Positions 9,823 to 19,151 of a DNA stretch of 62,051 nt are shown here, in pieces. Source of the DNA: Patescibacteria group bacterium. GTDB taxonomy: Bacteria; Patescibacteriota; Microgenomatia; Levybacterales; UBA12049. Where the stretch lies: NCBI GenBank assembly GCA_035946335.1, contig DASYZL010000001.1, positions 1-62,051 of the forward strand. Direction: 5' to 3'. Position numbers and translations under genes: made by a program. The stretch's first letter is position 1, and every line of letters starts with the position of its first letter. The notes under the pieces were generated by a model. That model was not told the origin of the DNA. It saw nothing but the letters and a program-made list of their open reading frames with translations, and searched no databases.

Positions 9823-10942
9823 ACATTTTTAAAAACCCTACAATCCCATACAATGCAACAACATACAAAACAGGAATTAGGATAACAAAATATCGTGAGG
9901 AAATTTGTCCAAAAGAAAAAAACAACATATAGCAAGCAATCCAAGCAAAAAGAATCTCTACTGTTTTTTTGTGAGGAATTTTTTTCAAGAAATAAAATAC
10001 CATTGTTACAATTGCAAGAACAGTAATAACAGGCCACGTTATACTCCACTGTGAATCAGAAATAACAGGCTTATTCCCGTACCAGACATACCATTTATTC
10101 AGTAGCAATAGCGGCCAGATAGACAGAGGTAAGATCAGTTGGCTTTTATGATATAAAAATATCCACTTCTGTATACCAAGAAACGATTTTATAGAATATC
10201 CATACCAGAAAGAACGAATATACGTTATGAGCAAAATAAAAACAGAAACTGGAAATGTTGCAAGCAAATAGTAGAATTTTTCTTTTTGCCCCTGAAGAAG
10301 CAACACGATAGATTCCGCTGCGAGAATGGTGATTCCGGTAATAAAAAACTTAATCGCAATAAAACATCCTAAGCAAATGCTTACAAGAATAAAGAAAAAA
10401 AATGACTTTCTAGCATTGAGAGCTTTGTTAAAAAAATAAAAACAACCAAGTAGAGCGACAAGTTGCATGATATCCAAAAGTGGCGTGTAGATGAATTGAT
10501 TAAGAAAAATCCTTTCACTACTTACCATAGCAACAGGAATAAGCGAAATGAGCTTGTTGGAAAAAATCTGATTTCCGACAAGAAACAACAAGATAAGCGA
10601 AAGAATACCACTGAGCAATGTGATCTCATTTGCATTATTAAAAACTACGGCTGATAATCCGATGAAATATCTTCCCAACGGTGGCGTATCAGGAGCAATC
10701 AGCTGCGGTAGTGTTCCTTGTATGTATTTACCTCCTGCATATGCATTGACAGTTTCATCAGGAATCCAACCGATTGGGTGCTTATTGACATACTGAGAAG
10801 ATATATATATCTTCTCTAGCGCTGGAAACCCTCTCCAATAATTAAATGAAAAATATGAATCTTTATGAAATAAAATAACATACAAAATGTTATATATAGT
10901 GATAATAAGGAGAATACCTCCGGCAATTTTCGTAAGTTTCAT
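9806..10942 (-). CDS. polytopic membrane protein, GT-C (PMT_2-like) glycosyltransferase candidate, family D
   Basis: First-loop 'PDETVNAYAGG...PPLGRYFIGLS' and 'LLDIMQLVALLGCFYF' align by eye with the N-terminal half of the 39142..41214 protein ('GDDGLFAYVG...GPLGKYLLGFS', 'SLDIMQVFFLLLSIWTF'). Confidence 0.6.
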   Translation of the reverse strand: MKLTKIAGGILLIITIYNILYVILFHKDSYFSFNYWRGFPALEKIYISSQYVNKHPIGWIPDETVNAYAGGKYIQGTLPQLIAPDTPPLGRYFIGLSAVVFNNANEITLLSGILSLILLFLVGNQIFSNKLISLIPVAMVSSERIFLNQFIYTPLLDIMQLVALLGCFYFFNKALNARKSFFFFILVSICLGCFIAIKFFITGITILAAESIVLLLQGQKEKFYYLLATFPVSVFILLITYIRSFWYGYSIKSFLGIQKWIFLYHKSQLILPLSIWPLLLLNKWYVWYGNKPVISDSQWSITWPVITVLAIVTMVFYFLKKIPHKKTVEILFAWIACYMLFFSFGQISSRYFVILIPVLYVVALYGIVGFLKMYEYRN

Positions 10943-11904
10943 TGCTTATGCTTCATTTGCCAATCCCATGCGGTACGTACGATAGATTCAAGATCTGAAT
11001 ATCTTGGACTAAACCCTAATACGCTTTTTGCTTTATTATTATCTGCGTATACAATTGGCGGATCACCAAGACGTCGGGAAACCTCAATAATACTGAGCAT
11101 TTTTCCACTTACCTTTTGTACCATATCTAAAATTTCACGATTTGAGTATCCAATTCCTGTACCAAGATTAATACTGTCACTTTCTTTTGTTGTTTGTAAT
11201 TTTTCTAATGCTTGAATATGTGCAGTTGCCAAATCTTCTACATGAATATAGTCACGAATGCATGTACCATCTTTCGTAGGATAGTCGGTTCCGAATAGAG
11301 AAAATGGCCTATTCGCCCGAAGCGCTTGCATTGCAACTGGAATAATGTGTGTTTCAGGACTATGCTCTTCCCCTAAGCTCCCATCAATAGACCCACCACA
11401 AGCATTAAAATAGCGAAGGTTGATATACTTGATCCCGAATAACCTATCATACCAACGAAGCACTGTTTCAAACATGAGTTTTGATTCACCATAAACACTT
11501 TCCGGTTTCTTTGACTCTTCCTCTGTGACTGGAATTTTTTCTGGAGTTCCGTATATTGCGCATGTTGACGAAAATATAATAAAGGGAATTTTATGTTCCT
11601 TCATGTACTCAAGGAGATTAAGTCCACCAAGAATATTATTGCGAAAGTATTTTTCCGGATTCTGCATGGATTCACCTGCTAGGGTGTATGCGGCAAAATG
11701 AATCACCGCATCAAAAGAGTACCCATTGAGCTTCAGCAAATCTTCTTTTTTGAGTAAATCTCCAATAACAAGTGGACATGATACTGTTTCTTTGTGTCCC
11801 TGACTCAGATTATCAAAAACGGTAACATCATTTCCTGCCTCCAAAAGCTGCTTAACAGTTATACTACCAATATAACCAGCTCCTCCAGTAACGAGAACTT
11901 TCAT
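10939..11904 (-). CDS. galE: UDP-glucose 4-epimerase
   Basis: 'MKVLVTGGAGYIGS' Rossmann motif, catalytic 'YGESKLM' (Y-x3-K), 'RYFNACG' and 'DGTCIRDYIHVEDLA'. This is the classical GalE pattern. Confidence 0.85.
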   Translation of the reverse strand: MKVLVTGGAGYIGSITVKQLLEAGNDVTVFDNLSQGHKETVSCPLVIGDLLKKEDLLKLNGYSFDAVIHFAAYTLAGESMQNPEKYFRNNILGGLNLLEYMKEHKIPFIIFSSTCAIYGTPEKIPVTEEESKKPESVYGESKLMFETVLRWYDRLFGIKYINLRYFNACGGSIDGSLGEEHSPETHIIPVAMQALRANRPFSLFGTDYPTKDGTCIRDYIHVEDLATAHIQALEKLQTTKESDSINLGTGIGYSNREILDMVQKVSGKMLSIIEVSRRLGDPPIVYADNNKAKSVLGFSPRYSDLESIVRTAWDWQMKHKQ

Positions 11905-12010
11905 AGTAGAATTGTAACATCTATCCTCAAAAAATAACAGCGAAAAACTTATTTACCAACCGCGCATTCTCTACAGAAATTTTCTTATAGTATGTTTGCT
12001 ATCCTGTAGT

Positions 12011-13591
12011 TTACAAAGAGTGGAGCCTCTCATATAGATATTTTTGCAGTGAGAACGGAGACGTAAGCCTTCCTCCTGTATTCCATGTTCGGTATTCCTC
12101 ATAGAAAGCCAATGAATTAACAAAGTACCAATTTTTTTTCGAAATGGATACCCTTGACAAATCAACAACGGTTGTCCCACGCATCTTCGCTAAAATTTTT
12201 GTATGTGGTGGCAGTGGTTTATTAGCTGCAACTACGCCGACCTTATGACCACTGCTTGCTTCTTTCCCCGCAAAACGAATCACCATTGCCAGAGGATAAC
12301 TATTATCCGGACTTGACCAGTAATAATCATATACCAAAATACCTTGTGGATATTGCTTTTCAAGCATTTGTGCCATACGTTGCACCTGTATTATGTCAGA
12401 TTGATCAGAAAAAAATGGAAGTATTGCCTGAAGGTTTACCCAAAATATGAAGAACGAAAAAAGAATAAGGAATATTCTTCCAAAGTTTCCTTTTTGCCAG
12501 ATAAATTTACCTATAATGAAAAAGGCATAGGCACTTAGAAGCAGCAAGAAGGGTGTAAGGTAGAGTAAGTAACCCTCTGACCGTTCTCCTCTGTAGTAGC
12601 GATTAATGATGAGTAGTATCCCCGTTACAATGAAGAAAAATTTTAAGACAAGCGGTGTATCTCTCTTAAGAATTGCATACACCGCAAAGATAATTCCGAC
12701 AATCATTTCAAAAAATCCTAATACATAACTACCACCAAATTCATTAGCCCAAAAATTCGGAAGAAAATGGAGAAGATACAGCCTCCAACTATTCGGAACA
12801 TAAATACGATACTCACCAATAAGAAAGTAGTCCAAAATATTTCGTATATTTGCATAAGATTGCTTACTATCCCAATAGACTATTGTCCCAATAACGATAA
12901 AAAATCCAAAAAGTATGCAAAAAAGATACGTCACTTTTTTTAAAAATGAAACATTGGGCAATAAGAACGGAAAAAGAAATAGGATAAGCAAGTTAAGCGA
13001 TTGATAATGTAGTCCCAAATCCATTCCTAGAAAAAATCCAGCAAGCAGAGCAAATATCGTCATTTGTTTTTTCCAGAGAAGGATTAAGCAATAGATGAGA
13101 AAAATTGTACCTATCCAGACAAATGAATGTTGACTTATACCTATGCTTCGAGTAATAAGATGTGGCGAGAATACACCGAGTATCATCAGGAGAAACCCAA
13201 AAACACTTCCTAATAATTCTTTCCCAATAAAGTAGAGTGCGCCGATTGCAATAGTGCTTAGCAACACGAGAAAGAATTGTGGCGCAAAAATCGTAAAAGG
13301 AAATATGACATAACTCAAAGCAAGAAGAAGATAATAATTACCACCAAACAAAAATGGACCCGCAGAGCTAAATGACCCAACAAATGGATAGACATGATGC
13401 TGCACGATCTGCCAAGTCAACATAATGTCTCGTGAATCATCCGATCCAAATCCGAAACGTTGTGAAAAATGAAAGAGACGTAAGAAAAGCGCAATAAATA
13501 GCGCGCAACAAAAGAAAATTGCTTCTTTCGTTAAAACAGAGTGAATAAATATAGAAAAGCGATGTTCCGTTTGTTGTCCGTTTCGCCGCAT
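12011..13591 (-). CDS. polytopic membrane protein, GT-C-like, family B (divergent member)
   Basis: 526 aa with many TM helices. 'GSDDSRDIMLTWQIVQHHVYPFVGSFSSAGPFLFGGNYYLL' parallels the family B motif seen in 13645, 15940 and 30620. Confidence 0.5.
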   Translation of the reverse strand: MRRNGQQTEHRFSIFIHSVLTKEAIFFCCALFIALFLRLFHFSQRFGFGSDDSRDIMLTWQIVQHHVYPFVGSFSSAGPFLFGGNYYLLLALSYVIFPFTIFAPQFFLVLLSTIAIGALYFIGKELLGSVFGFLLMILGVFSPHLITRSIGISQHSFVWIGTIFLIYCLILLWKKQMTIFALLAGFFLGMDLGLHYQSLNLLILFLFPFLLPNVSFLKKVTYLFCILFGFFIVIGTIVYWDSKQSYANIRNILDYFLIGEYRIYVPNSWRLYLLHFLPNFWANEFGGSYVLGFFEMIVGIIFAVYAILKRDTPLVLKFFFIVTGILLIINRYYRGERSEGYLLYLTPFLLLLSAYAFFIIGKFIWQKGNFGRIFLILFSFFIFWVNLQAILPFFSDQSDIIQVQRMAQMLEKQYPQGILVYDYYWSSPDNSYPLAMVIRFAGKEASSGHKVGVVAANKPLPPHTKILAKMRGTTVVDLSRVSISKKNWYFVNSLAFYEEYRTWNTGGRLTSPFSLQKYLYERLHSL

Positions 13592-13644
13592 CAGGTACTC
13601 TTATTGTACCATGTTTTCTTAGAACAAAATACATTGTGAATCGG

Positions 13645-15201
13645 ATGTACACTATGCTATGCTTTCTACAGGTGAAATTTTTAACTATAAAGAACATCTT
13701 TGCTGTACTTATCTGTTTGGGAATTCTTTCTGCTCTTTATCAGAGCAGTTGGTTTGTTTTGCACCATGATATTATGTTTAACACGGATATTGCCCGTGAT
13801 TTTTTGTTGATAGAAAATGCCGTTTCAGTACATAAACTTCCTCTTATCGGTCCTCGCTCAGGAGGAATTCCTGGTATCTTTCATGGTCCGTTGTGGTTAT
13901 ATATTAACTTACCTGCCTTTATACTGAGTAAAGGAAATCCTGTCGGTGTAGGCTGGTTTTGGGTATTACTTATTGCTAGCAGCATCGCTACAACTTACTT
14001 TGCTGGACGAAAACTTTTTTCTCAAACCACAGGACTATTAAGCGCACTGCTTATTGCATTTGTTTCCATAACGAATGCAAGTAGTCTTTTTAACCCATAT
14101 GGTGCGGTTATACTTTCTCCACTTTTTTTCCTTTTTTTCATTGATTATGTAAAAAAAGGGCAAGCAAGAGATTTGCTCATTACATTATTTCTCCTCGGGT
14201 GTATAGTTCAATTTCAAATTGCTTTCGGTGGTCCGATCCTTATTTTGTCAAGCATATGGGTTCTCGCTGTTATTTTCCTAAAGAAAAAATATACTCATCT
14301 ATTGTCATTTTTTATTCTCCTCATTCCATTTTCAACGTATATACTCTTTGACCTTCGCCATCAATTTCTTGAAGCACATTCGCTGATAGCATATATTAGT
14401 CATCCTTCTGGAATTCCTTTCCATGTAAACATTGTTCAGGACAGACTAAACGGAATAAAGAGTAATCTTACACTTGTTCCATATCCCTCTTTTCTCATGA
14501 ACACTATCCTCATTATCTTCTGGATATTTGTTGCTCTCCGATCAATCTTTCCTTCTGCCATAAAGCAGAGAATTTCCTATCTCTTCTTTGTATATATTTA
14601 CGTTGGCTATTGGATACTGACATTTGGATTTCGGGGAATTGTATGGGGATATTATTACTGGCCATTCCTACCTATGCTCGTAATTCTTTTTTGCGCAAGT
14701 TACCGTATTATCGGCAAGATAGCCTTTATAGTACTCTATATATGGGTACTCTTTGCCGCACAACAATATGCAAAAAGCATGACAGATTATTATCGTACCT
14801 TCAGTGGTAACGATAGTGGATCATGGCTCTTTAATCTTCACCTTGCACAAACTGTTTTTTCCCAACACGATAAAAATTTTGGGTATTATGTTTTTTCTCC
14901 TGATGAATTTGGATATAGCCCACGATATGCAATGGACTACCTTACGAAAATGCACCCAGAAGTAACAGTCTTTCCATATAAAAAAGAGTCTATAACTTAC
15001 CTACTCATTTCACCTCCTGGAGGAAAGAACAATAGTATTGCTGGGGGTTGGTGGAAAACAAACAGGGTAAAAATATCTGCGAAACCAATAAAAGTCTGGA
15101 AATACCCAAGCGGCTTTTCAATCGAGAAATATTATTTAACTCCTCAGGAAACTGCTATCCCTTCTGATCCATATCTTATTGATTCAATTTTTTTCCGCTA
15201 A
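13645..15201 (+). CDS. polytopic membrane protein, GT-C-like, family B
   Basis: 'NTDIARDFLLIENAVSVHKLPLIGPRSGGIPGIFHGPLWLYINLPAFILSKGNPVGV' matches 15940..17418 closely. The ORF track starts at GTG 13636 and the first ATG is 13645. ATG 13654 and GTG 13672 are also possible starts. Confidence 0.6.
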   Translation: MYTMLCFLQVKFLTIKNIFAVLICLGILSALYQSSWFVLHHDIMFNTDIARDFLLIENAVSVHKLPLIGPRSGGIPGIFHGPLWLYINLPAFILSKGNPVGVGWFWVLLIASSIATTYFAGRKLFSQTTGLLSALLIAFVSITNASSLFNPYGAVILSPLFFLFFIDYVKKGQARDLLITLFLLGCIVQFQIAFGGPILILSSIWVLAVIFLKKKYTHLLSFFILLIPFSTYILFDLRHQFLEAHSLIAYISHPSGIPFHVNIVQDRLNGIKSNLTLVPYPSFLMNTILIIFWIFVALRSIFPSAIKQRISYLFFVYIYVGYWILTFGFRGIVWGYYYWPFLPMLVILFCASYRIIGKIAFIVLYIWVLFAAQQYAKSMTDYYRTFSGNDSGSWLFNLHLAQTVFSQHDKNFGYYVFSPDEFGYSPRYAMDYLTKMHPEVTVFPYKKESITYLLISPPGGKNNSIAGGWWKTNRVKISAKPIKVWKYPSGFSIEKYYLTPQETAIPSDPYLIDSIFFR

Positions 15202-15943
15202 GATACTTTACATATCCAACTGGAAATCGTAAGGCAGAGAAAAATGCAAACACAAACCCCTGCCAACTATCAAGAAATCCTTTATGCCGTATGTACCCAA
15301 GAAAAAACCACCATATTGGCAGAATAATCATATATTTGCTAAATGTTACTGGATCTTTGCCTGTTTTCTTTTCCCGAAATTCCTCTGCAATGAGACTGGT
15401 ATAACGTTTATAACGCATAAGATAGCGGCCAAAGTATGGATCAGCTATATGTACAAGAGGATTCTGTAAATACCCAACTGATCCATTAACTACAGCCTGT
15501 TCGTGTACGTCTTTTTGCGGCAAATGACCTTTCCCTCTCCTGTACAACCGCAGTGTATAGTCAGGATACACGCCGCCTTTCATGAGGAATCGCCCCAAAA
15601 ACCAATTTTTCCGGGGAACCCAGTAGCCATCCATACTTTTCCTATCTTTTATTACTTCCTCTATTTCTGCTGCAAGTTGTGGCGTTACCCGCTCATCTGC
15701 ATCCAGCTGCAATACCCAGTCTTTTGTTGCCTTGTCGATTGCTTTTTGCTTATTAATGTGAAATATCGGCGGATTGTCAGTGATAATAACCCGCGCACCA
15801 AACGCTCTTGCTATTGCAACTGTTTTATCTGTTGACGTCCCATCGACAATGATGATTTCATTGGCAATATCCTTAACCGATGTGAGGCAATTAGGCAGAT
15901 TTTTTTCTTCATTATATGTTGCGAGAACAACAGAAAGACTCAT
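15176..15943 (-). CDS. GT2 glycosyltransferase
   Basis: 'LSVVLATYNEEKNLPNCLTSVKDIANEIIIVDGTSTDKT...VLQLDADERVTP'. It is paralogous to 41502..42254 and 53568..54476. Confidence 0.8.
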   Translation of the reverse strand: MSLSVVLATYNEEKNLPNCLTSVKDIANEIIIVDGTSTDKTVAIARAFGARVIITDNPPIFHINKQKAIDKATKDWVLQLDADERVTPQLAAEIEEVIKDRKSMDGYWVPRKNWFLGRFLMKGGVYPDYTLRLYRRGKGHLPQKDVHEQAVVNGSVGYLQNPLVHIADPYFGRYLMRYKRYTSLIAEEFREKKTGKDPVTFSKYMIILPIWWFFLGYIRHKGFLDSWQGFVFAFFSALRFPVGYVKYLSGKKLNQ

Positions 15944-17418
15944 ATTCGTGTTTGTACTATTATGCCACTTGGGAATTGTTTTGTCTTTATTATCAATCCA
16001 TCATGTTTTCTTACAGTAAGCCAATTCTGCAAACGGAACGGATATTGTAGATCCGGCTCAAGAATGAAAAACGCAAGATGAGTCTGCTGTAATGGCTGGT
16101 AATGATATGTTTTTTGCCCATACCAATGGAAAAGGTATTGATATGAATAATCGAAAACAGGTGGCGTATATACATTGATTTTAAACTGTCGTCCATGAGC
16201 TTCTTTATATATATAAGTGACGACCTGTAGCTGATTTCGGTAAACCGACGCATCACCTATCCATAAAGGTCTTGAAAAACTTGCAGCTAATTGTATAGGG
16301 CTTATCGCAACACAAGCAATAATTGCAATCAACGCAGTAATATATATTTTTCCCGTTGTTTCCTTCAATATTTCGTAGCAAAGTATTGTTACAATGAATA
16401 TATATACAACAGGCAATCCGACAACGTAGTGAGTGAACAGATCATGTTTAAAAAACGATAGGCCTATGAAGAAAACAGAAATGACAATATTACAATAGAC
16501 AAGAAAAAATTGTGATGTTTTTGCAAGGTGCTTACGAACAAAAAAGAACGAAGTTAACGAAAAAATAAGGACAAGAATACCAGCTAGCAGGTTATTTGCA
16601 AAAGTATAGTTCCATAAGCTAAAGAGCATATTCCAGCTTTGTTGTGCTTGATGAATAAGATTAAAAGTTTCACTTCCTGCTCCTTTAGTAAAAAGCGTGA
16701 AAAGACTTTTTGTCATTAAAAACTGATGACGTGCATCAAAAAAAATTCGCGGAGAAAGAATGAGAAGAAATCCGAGAATAAAACTGCAGATGGATTTGAA
16801 TGAAAGAAATCTTTTAAGTAATACGACTACGGCAAGTACTGTTCCTATGCAAAACAGCAAACCAAAAACAATTTCTATATCAAGGATTAATGAAAGCAGT
16901 AAACCAAGAATAAAAAAGGGAATGAAGGACTTATTTTTACTGCTACGGATTGTCTGTAACGTATAAAAGACAGCTAGAACAAAAATTGGCGCAATATTTG
17001 GATTCCATATTTGTGATGACCATGCAATAAGTACCGGCGAGATACTCAGAAATATACCAAAAATAACACCAAACAATGTCCCACCGATTTTTTTTCCAAG
17101 AAAGTAACCAGCTAGAATTGTCACGCAACCAACAAGGCCTAAAAATAGGGCAACACCTTGAGGATTACCACTTGAGAGGAAAAAGGCAGGAAGCAAAAAA
17201 TAGTACCACCAAGGACCATAGAAAACGCCGGGCAAACCAGTGGTCGGCCCAATAAGAAGTAATTTATGCTGTGAGATAATTTGAGAAAGTGTCAACATAT
17301 CGCGCCCAACATCATAGGTAAACGCAAATGAGTTGGATAATGCACCGGTAAGTCGCAGATAGCATCCTATGATAAAAATGAAGAGTAAACAGAATAAAAC
17401 CAGTTTTTGTTTTGTCAT
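15940..17418 (-). CDS. polytopic membrane protein, GT-C-like, family B
   Basis: 'TYDVGRDMLTLSQIISQHKLLLIGPTTGLPGVFYGPWWYYFLLPAFFLSSGNPQGV' in a hydrophobic multi-TM protein. Confidence 0.6.
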   Translation of the reverse strand: MTKQKLVLFCLLFIFIIGCYLRLTGALSNSFAFTYDVGRDMLTLSQIISQHKLLLIGPTTGLPGVFYGPWWYYFLLPAFFLSSGNPQGVALFLGLVGCVTILAGYFLGKKIGGTLFGVIFGIFLSISPVLIAWSSQIWNPNIAPIFVLAVFYTLQTIRSSKNKSFIPFFILGLLLSLILDIEIVFGLLFCIGTVLAVVVLLKRFLSFKSICSFILGFLLILSPRIFFDARHQFLMTKSLFTLFTKGAGSETFNLIHQAQQSWNMLFSLWNYTFANNLLAGILVLIFSLTSFFFVRKHLAKTSQFFLVYCNIVISVFFIGLSFFKHDLFTHYVVGLPVVYIFIVTILCYEILKETTGKIYITALIAIIACVAISPIQLAASFSRPLWIGDASVYRNQLQVVTYIYKEAHGRQFKINVYTPPVFDYSYQYLFHWYGQKTYHYQPLQQTHLAFFILEPDLQYPFRLQNWLTVRKHDGLIIKTKQFPSGIIVQTRI

Positions 17419-19133
17419 TTTATGGAAACGGCAACCACAAGATTGTCAGCTAGAAGCTTTCTAACAATTTCATTAACATTTTCTTTTCTTATATAGAGAT
17501 ATTTTTCCAAATCAACCCGTTGCGTTATGGGAATTGCTGAAATATATTTCGTCTTTCCATCACGATAATCGTATAATGTTACATAGTCTCTTGCCAGCAT
17601 GGTGTTAAAAAGCGGTGCATAGTCTGCAGGTTTTCTCCCAAGAATGTAAAAGTTAGGATTGTACCAGACAATTTTGGGCTTTGTCGTCTCAATATCAGTA
17701 ACTTGTCCCTGACTGATTCTATCTGATTCACCCATACCAGGATTTAAGATATCGTATCGAGAGGCAGGAGCAACATTGGTATAGAATAGTTCTTCAAACT
17801 CGAATGGACCAACCCATACATAATCTGTTGGCTTAAGGAGTAGGTTGATGATCGGTGCAACTTGTGGCCTGTCATAAATAAGCGGTGCTGTTCCCATGTA
17901 TTTTCCGTAGAATTTGTCACCAAACTTATTGAAAAAATATGTTCCAAGGAAAAGACTATAGAGAGCAAGTGGAATAAACAGAAATTGATAAATGAATTTT
18001 TTTGCACTTTCGGTTTCTTTCGAGATTTCCTTAAGCAGTGATACAAACAAGAAGCAAATAGCAAAGAGTGAAATAAAGATATACACTGCGCTTTGATAAT
18101 CCGTTTCACCTGAGGTTAATGGATTACTTCTTCCATTTGCATAAGTACAGAACAGGATAAAAAAACATGCGACAAGAAATTTCCGTTTTGAAATTAGGTA
18201 AATTGCCATAGTAACATCAGCAATAGCAAAGGTGATATTAGCGGGATAGGAAAAATTAAAGTCTCGTACCTGTACTAAGAGAGCGAAAAACCTGTCAAAA
18301 AAATCATGTGCAATGACTATTGCGAAACGGAGTGGATTAATTGTCGTTATCCCGGCAGGTCGAGGATAATTGTAGATATAGTATTTTTGATTGAATACGA
18401 ATGCATCGTAGTAATAGTCACTAAAACTTCGCGTTATAACCAAATATAAACCGAATAAAATATACGGCACAATAATAATTCCTATTGCAAGTACTGTTCT
18501 CCTGTTGAATAGTATTTCATTTCTGAAATACAAAATGAACGCAAAAAGATAGAGACACAGGACGAGGTAAATATACGTCAAAGAACATAATACTGCGAGC
18601 GTCGTTGAAACAGAAAGAAAAATAACATCAGGTATGGTTAACGATTTCTTTTGAACTGCTTTCATGCTAAGAAGTGCAATGCTAGGAAGTAATAAGAATG
18701 CAGAAACACTATCCGCAAGTAACATGTGAAACCAGTAATATGTTGCTGATAATGCAAGGATACCAACAAACAAAAAAATAACGTTTTTTATTTCTTTTCC
18801 AATACTTTTTATAAGAAAACGTGAGACAAACAACGTGTAGAGAAACAATAGGACTGCATATACGATACGGAACCGAACAAAAGACTGACCACTAAAAAGA
18901 ACAACAAGTGCAGCAATAAAGTATGCAACAGGTCCATGATGAGTAAAAAACCCAACGTACGGCAGGCGTCCGTGTAGAATATACCATCCACCTAAAATAT
19001 TATCGAATTCATCAGGATAGGATTCATGGAAGGTATTGATGAAAAAAATACAAAAAATAATTGCCCAATAAAATAGGTTTGAAAAATTTTCTTTTCGAAA
19101 AAAATGTGATAATTTCTGCAAAAACCCGTTCAT
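17415..19133 (-). CDS. polytopic membrane protein, GT-C-like candidate (singleton)
   Basis: 572 aa with many TM helices. It has an early loop 'SYPDEFDNILGGWYILHGRLPY' with an Asp-Glu pair, and a C-terminal soluble part of about 150 aa. Confidence 0.45.
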   Translation of the reverse strand: MNGFLQKLSHFFRKENFSNLFYWAIIFCIFFINTFHESYPDEFDNILGGWYILHGRLPYVGFFTHHGPVAYFIAALVVLFSGQSFVRFRIVYAVLLFLYTLFVSRFLIKSIGKEIKNVIFLFVGILALSATYYWFHMLLADSVSAFLLLPSIALLSMKAVQKKSLTIPDVIFLSVSTTLAVLCSLTYIYLVLCLYLFAFILYFRNEILFNRRTVLAIGIIIVPYILFGLYLVITRSFSDYYYDAFVFNQKYYIYNYPRPAGITTINPLRFAIVIAHDFFDRFFALLVQVRDFNFSYPANITFAIADVTMAIYLISKRKFLVACFFILFCTYANGRSNPLTSGETDYQSAVYIFISLFAICFLFVSLLKEISKETESAKKFIYQFLFIPLALYSLFLGTYFFNKFGDKFYGKYMGTAPLIYDRPQVAPIINLLLKPTDYVWVGPFEFEELFYTNVAPASRYDILNPGMGESDRISQGQVTDIETTKPKIVWYNPNFYILGRKPADYAPLFNTMLARDYVTLYDYRDGKTKYISAIPITQRVDLEKYLYIRKENVNEIVRKLLADNLVVAVSIK

Positions 19134-19151
19134 AGGATTTTCTGTATTGTA

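Noticed and set aside
11971-12180. 69-aa minus-strand ORF overlapping the 3' end of 12011..13591 and reaching into the gap before galE.
   Set aside because: It overlaps the C-terminus of a 526-aa membrane protein in another frame and has no motif. The 106-nt gap 11905..12010 is more simply a promoter region for galE.
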